The notes under the pieces: generated by a model | Databases searched by the model: none | The model's input: only the letters and a program-made list of their open reading frames with translations | What the model was told of the DNA's origin: nothing | Translations under genes and position numbers: made by a program | Origin: Eledone cirrhosa | Lineage: Eukaryota | Length of the DNA stretch: 64,000 nucleotides | Reading direction: 5' to 3' | NCBI GenBank assembly: GCA_964016885.1 | Contig: OZ024743.1 | Span: 245,086,001 to 245,150,000, forward strand | Shown: positions 62,675 to 64,000 of the stretch, piece by piece | How the letters are laid out: each line of letters starts with the position of its first letter | Numbering within the stretch: the stretch's first letter is position 1

Positions 62675-64000
62675 ATCATCATCATCATCATCATCAACGT
62701 TTAACGTCCGTGTTCCACGCTTGCATGGGTTTGGACGGGGGTAGTCCCACTTGAGGCAAGAGTGATTGTCTTGCTCGCATAGGACTGTCTGGCAGGTTTT
62801 CTACAGTTGGATGCCCTTCCTAACACCAACCACATTTATAGTGTGGGTCTGGGAGGTTTTTACCGTGTTGCCTACACGGCCACATTACAGCGTGGACTGT
62901 GTGTTTTTTTGTCGTGACACCTACACGATCTCATTTGTTTCGGCCTCGATGGCGCGGCACCAACATAACTTTACATAGAACGGGGTGGTGTGGATCGGGT
63001 GGGGGGGGGTGGGACGGGGTGTATTTTGTTAGAGATGCCTACTGGCTGGAGTAGGTTTTACTATATATTTAGGTAAGGCGGGTCTTCTCTGTTACTGAGT
63101 ACCGCCAAAGGTCTCGGTCCAGTGACATTGTCTTGGAGAGGTGTAAGTGTGTGATGTCGGAGTTTATCAGCTCGTCCCAGGTTTTTCTAGGTCTGCCTAT
63201 TCCGTGGCTACCGTGTATCTTTATTGCCCTGCACTTTGTTATACAGCTATCGACTTTCATGCGCATCACGTGTCCATACCAACGTAGCCTTCTCTCGAGT
63301 AAACAACATCTGATCCCTCTTATCTCTAATTTATTCCTTAGTTCGTTTATGCTTTGCCGTTCACGTATATTACTGTTACACATCCAGCGGAGCATGCAAG
63401 CTTCGTTCCTCTCTAGTCTGCGTATATCCTCTGCACACAATGCCCAGGTCTCACTGCCATGCAGCATTGCTGTTCGTATGCAGGCATCGTACAACCTGCC
63501 TTTCATTTTTAGTGAGAACCCTTTAGCAGCTAATAGTGGTATAAGCTCTCTGAACTTTTTCCAACCAGTTCTGACTCTAGCTACAGTACTTTCAGAGCAC
63601 CCTCCCCCACTGCTGATTTTATCGCCCAGGTAACGGAAGCTGTCCACTATTTCTATAGAACCCTCTGCGCAATTGAAAGAGCTAGTAGTTTGTGGGCACT
63701 TGCTGCTACTTATTGCACCAGAGCACCGGCCACATGTAAAATCTATGTTCTTAGTTAGCCTACCTGTGATCCCACTACATCTTTTATGCACCCATACTTT
63801 GCATTTAGGACATAAAATGGAGTTTCTACCTACGCCTTTCCTACACACCGAGCACGACCATTTCCCAGAAGGGACCGCCGCCTTGTTTTCTTTCCTACAA
63901 ACTAGTACTTTGGTCTTAGCCAGGTTAATTTTAAGTCCTTTTGACTCTAGGCCGTGCTTCCATGTTTGGAATTTCTTCTCTAGCTCGGCCATTGATTCCG
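62675..64000 (-). mobile_element. second copy of the young RTE LINE, running off the window (ORF 63069-63992)
   Basis: Nearly identical to 44418-45749, with 3 amino-acid differences in 307. Confidence 0.93.

Overview
Repeat-dominated, AT-rich animal genomic DNA. The SINE/LINE content and long (TA)n tracts suggest a coleoid cephalopod such as Octopus; this is an inference. Two host genes converge tail-to-tail. On + are the last two coding exons of a probable TELO2 gene (1717-3817). On - are the last three coding exons of an ankyrin-repeat/SOCS-box protein (43075-55164), with consistent splice phases. The rest is mobile DNA: a Penelope-like retroelement (RT + GIY-YIG), two near-identical RTE LINEs, three CR1-type LINE copies, CRE-like and R4/Dong-like fragments, a hAT transposase relic, MITEs, many SINEs and several minisatellites. 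The most notable region is the ~16 kb (TA)n field (6.6-22.6 kb). In and next to it lie seven hammerhead-ribozyme motifs of three unrelated sequence types. Three are in Penelope pseudo-LTR copies. Three are in a tandem array of a structured, non-coding ~310-nt unit, a retrozyme-like candidate source of circular RNA that has an inverted copy of its 3' end upstream, as the Penelope does. One weaker orphan motif precedes a two-word irregular satellite. Nearly all ORFs in the supplied track between 3 and 24 kb are microsatellite artefacts. All structures were paired by eye; no searches were run.
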